Source: Planctomycetota bacterium
GTDB lineage: Bacteria > Planctomycetota > UBA1135 > UBA2386
Length of the DNA stretch: 64,000 bases
Assembly (NCBI GenBank): GCA_965228735.1
Contig: OZ245838.1
Coordinates: forward strand, 6,016,001-6,080,000
Direction: 5' to 3'
Below the pieces are notes generated by a model. It did not search any database and was not told where the DNA came from. It worked only from the letters and a program-made list of their open reading frames with translations. Below are positions 46,482 to 55,366 of the stretch, piece by piece. Each line of letters begins with the position of its first letter. Positions within the stretch are counted from its first letter, which is position 1. Position numbers and translations under genes: made by a program.

Positions 46482-48566
46482 GAGGGGTAGCGCGATCAGC
46501 GCCGCGATCGTCATGAGCTTCATGAGGATGTTGATCGACGGGCCGGCCGTGTCCTTGAACGGATCGCCGACCGTGTCACCCGTGACTGCGGCCTTGTGCG
46601 TATCGCTGCCCTTGCCGCCGAGCGCACCCGACTCGATGTACTTCTTCGCGTTGTCCCACGCGCCGCCGGCGTTGGCCATGAACAGCGCCATCATGACGCC
46701 GGCCGCCGTCGCGCCGGCGAGCAGGCCGCCGACGGCCGCCTTGCCGAAGATCATCCCCATCGCGATCGGGGCGAGTACCGCGAGCAGACCCGGCACGACC
46801 ATCTCGCGCAGCGCACCCTTCGTCGAGATGTCGACGCAGCGCTCGTAGTCGGGCTTGCCCGTGCCTTCCATGATGCCCGGGATCTCGCGGAACTGACGCC
46901 GCACCTCCTCGACCATCGCGTTGGCGGCCTTGCCGACCGCCTTCATCGCCATCGAGGAGAACACGAACGGCAGCATCGCGCCGATCAGGAGACCCATGAC
47001 GACGTTGGCGTCCTCGAGGCCGAGCGACGTGTTGGCCGCGACCTTGTAAGCCGAGAACAGCGCGAGCGCGGTGAGCGCCGCCGAGCCGATCGCGAAGCCC
47101 TTGCCGATCGCGGCGGTCGTGTTGCCGGTCGCGTCGAGCGAGTCGGTGCGCTGGCGCACCGACGGGTCCTGGCCGGACATCTCGGCGATGCCGCCCGCGT
47201 TGTCGGCGACCGGGCCGTAGGCGTCGACGCCGAGCGAGATGCCGAGCGTGCTCAGCATGCCGACGGCCGCGACGCAGATGCCATACATGCCGCAGAGGTG
47301 GTTGCAGAAGTAGATCGCGAGCGCGAGCAGAATCGTCGGGATCCAGGTCGACGCCATGCCGGTCGCGAGGCCGTGGATGATGTTGGTCGCGGCGCCGGTC
47401 TTGCTCTGCTCGGCGATCATCTGGGCCGGGGCCATCTTCTCCGAGGTGTAGTACTCGGTGACCTTGCCGATGATGACGCCGGTCGCGAGGCCGATGACGA
47501 CCGCGAAGAACACGTTCCAGTGCGAGTGCGTCTCGGTGCCGCCAGCGGCGACGGCCGGGCTCGGCTGCATGATCGCGGTGATCACCGCGGCGCCGATGAC
47601 GAGCAGCACGGATGCGGCGATCAGGCCGCTGAACAGCGCGGCCGACAGCTTGCTCTCGTCGTCCGCCTTGACGCGGAACGTGCCGAGGAAGCTCGCGACG
47701 ATGCCGACCGCGGCCAGCACGACCGGGAAGAGCATGAGGCTCGCGCGTGCCGTGTTCTGGGCATCGACATCGTCACCGAACGCGCCGATCGCCGGCACGA
47801 GCGAGAAGCCGATGATCGCGGTCGAGATGATCGCGCCGCAGAAGCTCTCGAACAGGTCGGCGCCCATGCCCGCGACGTCACCGACGTTGTCGCCGACGTT
47901 GTCCGCGATCGTGGCCGGGTTGCGCGGGTCGTCCTCGGGGATGCCGGCTTCGATCTTGCCGACGAGGTCGCCGCCGACGTCCGCCGCCTTGGTGTAGATG
48001 CCGCCGCCGACACGCGCGAACAGCGCGATCGAGCTCGCGCCGAAGCTGAAGCCCAGCACGTAGTTGACGAAGTTGGTCTCGCCGCCGTCCTGACGGAAGA
48101 GCAGCATCAGCAGCGCGATGCCGCCCAGGCCCATGCCGACGACGACCATCCCCATGACCGTGCCCGACTTGAACGCGACGTCGAGCGCCGCGCCGAGGCT
48201 GGTCTTGGCCGCCTGCGTCGTGCGCACCGCGGAGCGGGTCGCGCAGTGCATGCCGAAGTAGCCGGCCGTGCCCGAGGCGAGCGCACCGAGCAGGAACGCG
48301 ACGCCCGTGCGCCAACCGAGGTACTGACTCTTCTCCGGGTTGTCCGGGCCGAAGCAGATGCCGAAGAAGACGACGACGACGAACAGCGCCAGCCACTTGT
48401 ATTCGGCGTGGAGGAACGCGCGGCCGCCGGCCTGCACGGCGCGGGCGATCTCCTGCATCTTCTCGTCGCCCCCGTCCTTCTGCATGATCTGCTTGAACAG
48501 GTTGAACGCGTAGACGATCGCCGCCGCGGCAATGATCAGGGAGAGAATCGAATAGAACGAATACAT
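46470..48566 (-). CDS. hppA: Membrane-integral pyrophosphatase, K+-dependent, probably Na+-translocating
   Basis: GGGIYTKAADVGGDLVGKIE, DNVGDNVGD, GNTTAA (Ala = K+-dependent), ADLFES, GDTVGDPFKD. Confidence 0.97.
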   Translation of the reverse strand: MYSFYSILSLIIAAAAIVYAFNLFKQIMQKDGGDEKMQEIARAVQAGGRAFLHAEYKWLALFVVVVFFGICFGPDNPEKSQYLGWRTGVAFLLGALASGTAGYFGMHCATRSAVRTTQAAKTSLGAALDVAFKSGTVMGMVVVGMGLGGIALLMLLFRQDGGETNFVNYVLGFSFGASSIALFARVGGGIYTKAADVGGDLVGKIEAGIPEDDPRNPATIADNVGDNVGDVAGMGADLFESFCGAIISTAIIGFSLVPAIGAFGDDVDAQNTARASLMLFPVVLAAVGIVASFLGTFRVKADDESKLSAALFSGLIAASVLLVIGAAVITAIMQPSPAVAAGGTETHSHWNVFFAVVIGLATGVIIGKVTEYYTSEKMAPAQMIAEQSKTGAATNIIHGLATGMASTWIPTILLALAIYFCNHLCGMYGICVAAVGMLSTLGISLGVDAYGPVADNAGGIAEMSGQDPSVRQRTDSLDATGNTTAAIGKGFAIGSAALTALALFSAYKVAANTSLGLEDANVVMGLLIGAMLPFVFSSMAMKAVGKAANAMVEEVRRQFREIPGIMEGTGKPDYERCVDISTKGALREMVVPGLLAVLAPIAMGMIFGKAAVGGLLAGATAAGVMMALFMANAGGAWDNAKKYIESGALGGKGSDTHKAAVTGDTVGDPFKDTAGPSINILMKLMTIAALIALPLFRN

Positions 48567-48716
48567 GGAGACGCGAGTGGGCCGTGGATCCGGGAGGATC
48601 GGGCCGGGGGATTGGGGATCCCGACGAGGATCCGGAGCAGAGTTGGAGTTCCGGCGGAAAAGTGGGGCGGCACCTTAGCCGGGCAGGCCGGTCAGGGGCA
48701 AGCGATTGCCCGCCCC

Positions 48717-49652
48717 TCAACCCGCGTTGTCCGCATCGGTGCCTGACGGCGGCGGTGCGGGAGCGCGATCGCGACCACGGACCTCCTCCGAGGCGCCCGT
48801 ATCGTCCGCGCGAGGCGTGGAATTGCGTTCCGGTGCCGGGTTTTCGTCCGTTGCCGGTGATTCGTTCGCACCGGACTCGGCCGCGGCCCGATCGTCGGGG
48901 GAGCGGTCGTCGGGGGAGCGGTCGTCGGGGGGGCCGTCGTCGGCGATCGCGTCGGCGGCTGCCGGCTCGTCGGGCGCTGCCAGCGGCGGCGATTGACCCG
49001 CGATCGGACGGCTTGGCTCCACGAACGCCTCGCCGACGTCGCGGCGGGCCGCCCGTCGCCGGCGCCGCCGCCACCACCAGAACCACAGCGCGAGCACGAC
49101 ACCGCCGCCGATGGCGGTCCAGAGGATGCCGCGTTCGACCTGCTGCACGTCCTCGATCAGCTGGTCGATGTACTCCTGGCTCGCGTAGGCCAGCCAGGTG
49201 AGCAGCGGAACGATGAGCAGGATGCCGATGCCGTCGTAGAGCAAGAATCGCCGCCACGGCATCTTCATCGCGCCAGCGGTGAAGAACGCCACCATGCGCA
49301 GGCCGGCGATGAAGCGCGCGATCAGGATCACCCAGTCCCCGCGCCGCCGGAACCACAGGTCGAACGTGGCGAGGCGCCGCTTCGTCACGAAGATCCGCAT
49401 CCAGCGCAGGCGCAGCAGGCGGGGCCCGAACACCCGTCCCAGCAGGAACGGCAGGATGTCGCCGGCTGTGATCGCGCCGCCGCACCAGACCATCATGACC
49501 CAGAGGTTGAGATCGAGCTTGGCGCAGACGTAGCCAGCCGCGAGCAGGACCAGCTCCTCGGGCAGCGGCAGCCCCATGCCGCAGAGTAGAAATACCGCCG
49601 CCACCCCGAGATAGGGGTAGGCCTCGAGCCAAAGGACGATCTGGTCGAACAT
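48717..49652 (-). CDS. dedA: DedA family membrane protein with acidic disordered tail
   Basis: GLPLPEE, GD...F.LGR.FG, ARFIAGLR....F.AG. Confidence 0.9.
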   Translation of the reverse strand: MFDQIVLWLEAYPYLGVAAVFLLCGMGLPLPEELVLLAAGYVCAKLDLNLWVMMVWCGGAITAGDILPFLLGRVFGPRLLRLRWMRIFVTKRRLATFDLWFRRRGDWVILIARFIAGLRMVAFFTAGAMKMPWRRFLLYDGIGILLIVPLLTWLAYASQEYIDQLIEDVQQVERGILWTAIGGGVVLALWFWWWRRRRRRAARRDVGEAFVEPSRPIAGQSPPLAAPDEPAAADAIADDGPPDDRSPDDRSPDDRAAAESGANESPATDENPAPERNSTPRADDTGASEEVRGRDRAPAPPPSGTDADNAG

Positions 49653-49682
49653 CGACGGGGTCGGGGGACCGGCTGGGGGGGG

Positions 49683-50471
49683 CTACCGCAGGTAGGGCTG
49701 CAGGTGGTTCAGGCGTGGATCGGCGCGCACGTCGTCGAGGTTGACATGTTCGCCGCGAAGATGTCGCAAGACCTTACGAAGTAGGTCGGCCCATTCCTCG
49801 GCCTTGGTGCGATCGAGGCTCGTTCGAGCGCGGCCGACGGCCCATTCGATCACCTCGATCGCGCGCTGCCGGTCGCCCCAGCGGAGGAAGCTCGCTGCGC
49901 GTTCCAGGGCCGTGTGGAACCGCTTCTCGCGCAGGATCCGGCTGTCGGTGAGCTGCTCGGCGATCGCGAGGTAGCGGTCACCGAGCGCGACGGCGCCGAG
50001 CCCGGTGCGTTTGCGGAGGAGCGCCTCGAGGCCGGGGAACCGGCGCGCCATGATCTCGGGCAACATCGCCATGCCCTCCAGCAGTTCGACCTCGCGGCGA
50101 CCGGCGGAGCGGCGGGCGGATTCGAGCCAGGCGAGCGCGACCTGCAGGCGGTCCGCGGCCGCCGCGGCCGCATCCGCATCGGCGCTGGCGCGAGCCAGCC
50201 CGCCGTCGGTCGCGAAGCGGTAGGCGAACACGGTCTGGGCGTCGGTCCAGCTCGGCACGAGTTCGAGGAGCTGCTGGCTGCGGGCAAAGGCCTCGGCGCC
50301 GTCGCCGGACGCGACGGCGAGATCGAGGTCGCGCCAGAGGAACGGCAGGACCGCGGGGCGGACCAGCCAGCGCGCGGTCTCCGCTGCGGCGGCGGGTCGG
50401 GGTGGCTGCAGCCAGAAAGCGGTGCCGAGGCACAACACGCCGGCTGCGCCGAGTGCGAGTGCGCGCTTCAT
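49683..50471 (-). CDS. Hypothetical exported/membrane-anchored helical protein, third gene of an ABC-type operon
   Basis: Start MKRALALGAAGVLCLG at 50471 overlaps upstream stop (ATGA). Confidence 0.65.
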   Translation of the reverse strand: MKRALALGAAGVLCLGTAFWLQPPRPAAAAETARWLVRPAVLPFLWRDLDLAVASGDGAEAFARSQQLLELVPSWTDAQTVFAYRFATDGGLARASADADAAAAAADRLQVALAWLESARRSAGRREVELLEGMAMLPEIMARRFPGLEALLRKRTGLGAVALGDRYLAIAEQLTDSRILREKRFHTALERAASFLRWGDRQRAIEVIEWAVGRARTSLDRTKAEEWADLLRKVLRHLRGEHVNLDDVRADPRLNHLQPYLR

Positions 50472-51592
50472 CGCGCGAGCCTCCAGCGCACCGCGACCGC
50501 CGCGGCGAGCCCGCCGAAGCCCGCGAGTGCGGTGGTTGCAGTCGTCGCGAACGCGGGGCTCGTCGGCAACCAGTAGCCGCGGAGCAGCGCGAGCAGCGTC
50601 GCGTGCCCGGGGCCGATGCCGGCGACCGACAGGATGAAGAGCAGTGCGAACGCCACGGTCAGGACCGTCGGGCGGGCGGCGGCGGCGCCCGCGAGGTTGG
50701 CGAACGCGAGCACGGTGAGCGCCGGCAACAACCAGAGCAACGCCGCCAGGGCGCCGTTCAGCAGGCCGCTGCGCGGCGTCGCTTCGATGCCGAGCACCGC
50801 GCCCGGTGGAAAGAACAGCGGAACGTTGCCGGACTCGAGCAGCAGCTCGATGCGCGTGATGGTCCGCGGCTCGAAGTCGATACGCGCGAACTGGCCGGTC
50901 TGGTCGAACACCGCGGTCGCCGACGAAGCGGTGGGCGACGTGGAGGTCAGCGGTTCGTTGCCAGCGCGCACGACGACGCGGCTCGGGGCGAGCGTTGCGC
51001 CCGGCGGCCCGGCGAGCGGTCGCAGCTCGATCGCCGCGAGCGAACGCTTCTCGGCGCCCGGCAACTCGAACGGCAACGCCTGCTGGCCCGGCGCGAGCAG
51101 CACCGGGGCGTCGGTCGCCGGGGTCAGGGTCAAGCGTGCCGTGATCGCAGCCGGAGCGCCGAGCAGTCGCGGCAGGATCATCGTGAGCGGCATCGTGAGC
51201 ACGAGCTGGGCGAGCAGCGCGCCCGCGATCGCGCCGCCGCTGCCGCGCAGCGGTCCGCGCTGCAGCCGTCGGATCCAGTCGGCGCCCTCCGCGCCGGAAC
51301 CGGCCGCGCCGGAACTGGCCGCGCCGGAGCCGCTCGCGCCGGGCGCGCCCGCGCAGAACGTCGGCCAGGCGGTGATTGCCGTCGCGGTGCACATCGCGAC
51401 GGCGACGACGAGCGGCAGCAGGAGCCACGACGTCAACGCTCCCGGCGCGGTCGCGCCGGTCGTGAGGACGGGTGCGACCGAGGTCGCACCGAGCCACGCG
51501 ACGATCGCCGTGCCGAGCGTCGGCAGTGCCGCGCGGCGCAGGCCGAGCGCGAACGTGATCGCGACGGCGGAACGGGTCGGGAGGACGCTCAC
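50468..51592 (-). CDS. Membrane protein, probable ABC-2-type permease with extracytoplasmic beta domain
   Basis: 3+3 TM helices flanking a soluble domain; coupled to ABC ATPase by GTGA overlap. Confidence 0.65.
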   Translation of the reverse strand: MSVLPTRSAVAITFALGLRRAALPTLGTAIVAWLGATSVAPVLTTGATAPGALTSWLLLPLVVAVAMCTATAITAWPTFCAGAPGASGSGAASSGAAGSGAEGADWIRRLQRGPLRGSGGAIAGALLAQLVLTMPLTMILPRLLGAPAAITARLTLTPATDAPVLLAPGQQALPFELPGAEKRSLAAIELRPLAGPPGATLAPSRVVVRAGNEPLTSTSPTASSATAVFDQTGQFARIDFEPRTITRIELLLESGNVPLFFPPGAVLGIEATPRSGLLNGALAALLWLLPALTVLAFANLAGAAAARPTVLTVAFALLFILSVAGIGPGHATLLALLRGYWLPTSPAFATTATTALAGFGGLAAAVAVRWRLAR

Positions 51593-52515
51593 GAGTTCCC
51601 GTCGTGCTCGTTGGTACCGTGCTCGGTCGTACCGTGCTCCTGCTGGCCCCGCTCCGGGCCCCCGTCCGGTCGGGGCCCGCGAGCATCGGCGAGGCGGCGG
51701 AACAGCGCGAACAGATGTTCGCGTTCGGGTTCGTGCCGGACGATTTCACCGCCGAGTTCTCGGGCCGTCGCCGCGAGCGACTCGCGTTTGCCGTCGTCGA
51801 GCCCGCGCACGACGAGCGCGTGCGCGTCGGTGCCGAGCAGATCGTCGAACGTGCCGCGGGCGCGCATGACGCCGTTCTGCAGCACGACGACCTCGTCGCA
51901 GAGCTCTTCGATCTCGAGCAGGTGGTGCGACGCCATGAGGATCGTCACGCCGGCCGCCGCGCGTTCGCGCAGGATCTCGAGCACGGTCGCGCTGCCGAAC
52001 GGATCGAGCCCCGACGTCGGTTCGTCGAGCAGCAGCACGGCTGGGTCGCCGAGCAGCGCGGCGGCGAGCGCGAGGCGCTTCTGCATGCCGGTGCTGAACG
52101 TGCGCAGCCAGCGGCGGCCGGCATGGCGGAGGTCGAGGCGTTCGAGCCAGTGGCTGGCGCGCGCATCGGACTCGCGGTTGGCGAGGCCGAGCTGCGCGCC
52201 GACGTAGGCGAGGAACTCGGGCGCTGACAGCACGCCGAGCGGCAGCGCGCCTTCGGGCTGGAACGCGAGTCGCCGGTGCAGCGCCGCGCTGCCCGGCGGG
52301 TGGCCGAGGATCGTCGCGGTGCCCGCGGTCGGGCGCTGCAGTCCGGCGAGCACGCGCAGCAGGGTCGTTTTCCCCGAGCCGTTGGGGCCGAGGATGCCGG
52401 CGATCCGCCCACCTGGCAGCTCGAGGTCGAGCGGCGCGAGCGCGAGCACGGGCCGGCGGCCGCCGAAACGGACCGAGAGCTGCTGAACGGAGATGGCGGG
52501 CGCTTCTGCGGTCAC
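51589..52515 (-). CDS. ABC transporter ATP-binding protein
   Basis: GPNGSGKT, FSTGMQKR, LLLDEPTSGLDP, ASHHL; GTG start at 52515 tentative. Confidence 0.93.
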   Translation of the reverse strand: MTAEAPAISVQQLSVRFGGRRPVLALAPLDLELPGGRIAGILGPNGSGKTTLLRVLAGLQRPTAGTATILGHPPGSAALHRRLAFQPEGALPLGVLSAPEFLAYVGAQLGLANRESDARASHWLERLDLRHAGRRWLRTFSTGMQKRLALAAALLGDPAVLLLDEPTSGLDPFGSATVLEILRERAAAGVTILMASHHLLEIEELCDEVVVLQNGVMRARGTFDDLLGTDAHALVVRGLDDGKRESLAATARELGGEIVRHEPEREHLFALFRRLADARGPRPDGGPERGQQEHGTTEHGTNEHDGNS

Positions 52516-52612
52516 GACGATCGGGCGGGGATCCCGCCGGCGGTCGATGCTATCCTGCGCGGCCCCCGTTTCCCCACAAGCGCGTCGGTTCGGCGCCAAG
52601 GAGTCCGGTCGT

Positions 52613-53530
52613 TTGAGTGGTCATTTCGCGTTGTCCGACGGTCGCACGGTCGCCCTGCGCGACGGTCTCGTGATCGGTCGCGGCAAGAACTGCGACATCG
52701 TGCTCGACGACACCAAGGCGTCGCGCCGGCATGCCAGGGTGATCGTCGAGAGCGGCGTGGTCGAGATCGAGGATCTCGGCAGCAGCAACGGCACGTCGTT
52801 GAACGGCGTGCAGGTCGATCGCCGGATGCTGCGGGACGGCGACCAGGTGCAGATCGGCAAGACGACGCTGACGATGCGCGATGCGCCCGCGCCGACTGCG
52901 GGCGGGGGCGATGACGGCGACGAATTGTTCGGGGACGCGCCGGCTGCCGCCGGCAGTCCCAGTACTGGCGCGGCTGGCGGAACCGCGGCGGTCGACGACG
53001 GGGACGAACTGTTCGGCGAAGCGCCCGCCGCGACCCCCCAGCCAAAGTCCCAGCCGAAGTCACAGCCGAAGTCACAGCCAAAGCCCCAGCCGAAACCGCA
53101 GTCGACACCGTCGTCGACACCGGCCGCTCCCGCGGCCGGTTTCGAGGACGAGGACGAGTTGTTCGGGGGCGGTACCGACGTCGTGTCGAAAGAGCCTGCG
53201 CCGCCACCGGCCGCCCCGAAGCCGGCCGCCCCGAAGCCGGCCGCCGCGAAGAAGAACGTCGTCGAGTTCGCCGACGAGGTCGTCGAGGTCAAACAGACGG
53301 CGAAGCCGAGGTCCGAATCCGTGGCTTCGCGTCCGCTCTCCGGCGGCTCCGGCGAGCCCGTCGTCGAGTCCAAGAACCGCGTGCTGCAGTACTCGAAGCA
53401 GGCCGGCAGCCGATCGATGCTCGGCGACGACGTCGGTCAGATGAGCGGTGGCATGCGCGCGCTCATGTTCGTGCTGATCATCGGCGGCATGGGCGCGCTG
53501 GCGTGGTTCGTCATGAACGCCGTGCGCTGA
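52613..53530 (+). CDS. FHA-domain protein with disordered linker and C-terminal TM anchor
   Basis: IGR, SRRHA, DLGSSNGT, LRDGDQVQIG; repeated DELFG motif x3; AAGGAG upstream of TTG 52613. Confidence 0.9.
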   Translation: MSGHFALSDGRTVALRDGLVIGRGKNCDIVLDDTKASRRHARVIVESGVVEIEDLGSSNGTSLNGVQVDRRMLRDGDQVQIGKTTLTMRDAPAPTAGGGDDGDELFGDAPAAAGSPSTGAAGGTAAVDDGDELFGEAPAATPQPKSQPKSQPKSQPKPQPKPQSTPSSTPAAPAAGFEDEDELFGGGTDVVSKEPAPPPAAPKPAAPKPAAAKKNVVEFADEVVEVKQTAKPRSESVASRPLSGGSGEPVVESKNRVLQYSKQAGSRSMLGDDVGQMSGGMRALMFVLIIGGMGALAWFVMNAVR

Positions 53531-54617
53531 CGAGCCGGCGCCACAGCTCGACCACGCGCTCGGCCGTGGTGCGCCACGACAGTGCCGTCGCCCGCGCGAT
53601 GCGCCGGCTGCGAGCCTCGACATCGTTCCCGGTTTCGGGGGCCACGGCAGTGCGGATCGCGTTGGCCCACGCGGCCGGGTCGTCGGGGGGCAGCACGACG
53701 CCCGCATCCGAGACGACCTCGGGCAGCGCGCCCGCGTCGGCGACGAGCGTCGGCCGGCCGTGCGCGAGCCCGTCGAGCGCGGGCAGGCCGAAGCCTTCGT
53801 AGCGCGAGGGCACGACCACGGCGGCGGCCGTGCGCAGCAGCGCCGTGACCGCCGGATCCGGCAGCACGCCGCGCCACTCGATTGCATCGCCCACGCCGAG
53901 CTCGACCGCGCGGTCGCGGAGCGCGGTCCAGGCGCCGGCGTCGCGACCGACGAGCACGAGTCGAGGTCGGTCGTTGCCGGGCAGCAGCGCGAGGGCGCGC
54001 ACGAGCACGTCGAGGTTCTTGCGCGGCTCGAGATGACCGACGTGCAGCAGGATGGCGGGCCGATCGTCGCGCGGCGGTTCGAGCGGCGCCGCTGCCGGCA
54101 CGTCGACGCCGTTCCCGATGACTTCGATCGTCGCGTTCTCGGTGACCGAACGAACGCGCGCGGCCGTGAACTCGCTCGGCACGACGAGCGCCGCCGCGCG
54201 GTCGGCCGCCCGGCGCACCGCCGCCCGAGCGATGAACTGCGGCCAACGGGTCAGCCCGTCCACGGCGCGCAGGTCGTGGATCGTAACGCAGATCGGCAGG
54301 CTGGCCGGCAGCGGCGGCACCGGCAGCAGACCGTGATCGAGGAGGTTCGCGTCGAGCCGGCGCAACACGCTCGGCAGCTCGCGGCGTTCGGCGAGAACGC
54401 GCTGGGGCAACGGGCCGGCCGGGATCGCGACGCGCTGCCAGCGCACCGCGGCGGTGTCCGCGCGCTCGGGAGTGTCGCGATGCAGCACGGTGATTCGTTC
54501 GCCGTTCTCGAGCAGCGCGTCGGCGTGGTCGAGGATCGCGCGCAGCCGGCGGTTGGCGCCGGACTGCGGGCCGAGCAGCCAGCCGGAGACGGCGACGTGC
54601 AGCGATCCGGCCGTCAT
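53511..54617 (-). CDS. Glycosyltransferase family 4
   Basis: TIHDL, GHLEPRKN, PSRYEGFGLPALD, ALPEV. Confidence 0.92.
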   Translation of the reverse strand: MTAGSLHVAVSGWLLGPQSGANRRLRAILDHADALLENGERITVLHRDTPERADTAAVRWQRVAIPAGPLPQRVLAERRELPSVLRRLDANLLDHGLLPVPPLPASLPICVTIHDLRAVDGLTRWPQFIARAAVRRAADRAAALVVPSEFTAARVRSVTENATIEVIGNGVDVPAAAPLEPPRDDRPAILLHVGHLEPRKNLDVLVRALALLPGNDRPRLVLVGRDAGAWTALRDRAVELGVGDAIEWRGVLPDPAVTALLRTAAAVVVPSRYEGFGLPALDGLAHGRPTLVADAGALPEVVSDAGVVLPPDDPAAWANAIRTAVAPETGNDVEARSRRIARATALSWRTTAERVVELWRRLVSARRS

Positions 54618-55330
54618 GCGAGAGTGGCCGCGATCTCACGCAGCAGCCCCGGCACCTCGTCCTTGGCGTGGCCCGCGACGAAGCGGTCGGTGCCGAGCGC
54701 GAGGTTCTGCGGTTCGTCGAGCGCTTGCACGAACGTCGCGGCCCCGATCTGGCGGGCCGCGTGCAGCATCCCGGCGGCTGGCCACACGGCGCCGCTCGTG
54801 CCGATCGCGATGAAGTGGCTGCACGTGCGCAACGCGCTTTCGATCGTCTCGAGGTGCAGCGGCACTTCACCGAACCACACGACGTCGGGGCGCAGGCGGT
54901 CGTGCCCGCACGCGGGGCACGGCACGAAGAGCTCCGGGTCGACCCGCTCGAGGTCGCGCTCGCGATGGTCACACCGCTCGCAACGCAGGACGGCGAGCTC
55001 GCCGTGCATGTGCAGCGGCGTGCTGCCGGCGCGGTCGTGCAGGTCGTCGACGTTCTGGGTGACGAGCGTCACGCGATGGCCGTTCCCCGTCGCGTCGCGT
55101 TCGAACTCCGCAACCGCCGCGTGCGCCGGGTTGGGCTCGACCGTACGGAGCTGCGCCCGCCGCAGCTGGTAGAACCGCCAGACCATCACCGGGTCCTTCG
55201 CCCAGGCCTCGGGCGTCGCGACGTCCTCGGGTCGGTGCCCTTCCCACAGGCCGCCGGCGTCGCGGAACGTGCGCACACCGGAGTCCGCCGAGATCCCGGC
55301 TCCGGTCATGAACACGATGTGCGCCGCCAT
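54614..55330 (-). CDS. cobB: NAD-dependent protein deacylase (sirtuin class III)
   Basis: TGAGISADSG..TFR, YxxR (FYQLRR), TQNVD, HGEL, CERC/CPAC, RPDVVWFGE, IGTSG. Confidence 0.95.
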   Translation of the reverse strand: MAAHIVFMTGAGISADSGVRTFRDAGGLWEGHRPEDVATPEAWAKDPVMVWRFYQLRRAQLRTVEPNPAHAAVAEFERDATGNGHRVTLVTQNVDDLHDRAGSTPLHMHGELAVLRCERCDHRERDLERVDPELFVPCPACGHDRLRPDVVWFGEVPLHLETIESALRTCSHFIAIGTSGAVWPAAGMLHAARQIGAATFVQALDEPQNLALGTDRFVAGHAKDEVPGLLREIAATLA

Positions 55331-55366
55331 GCGCGCGATTAGAGCGCGTGCCGGTCGGCGACTTCC

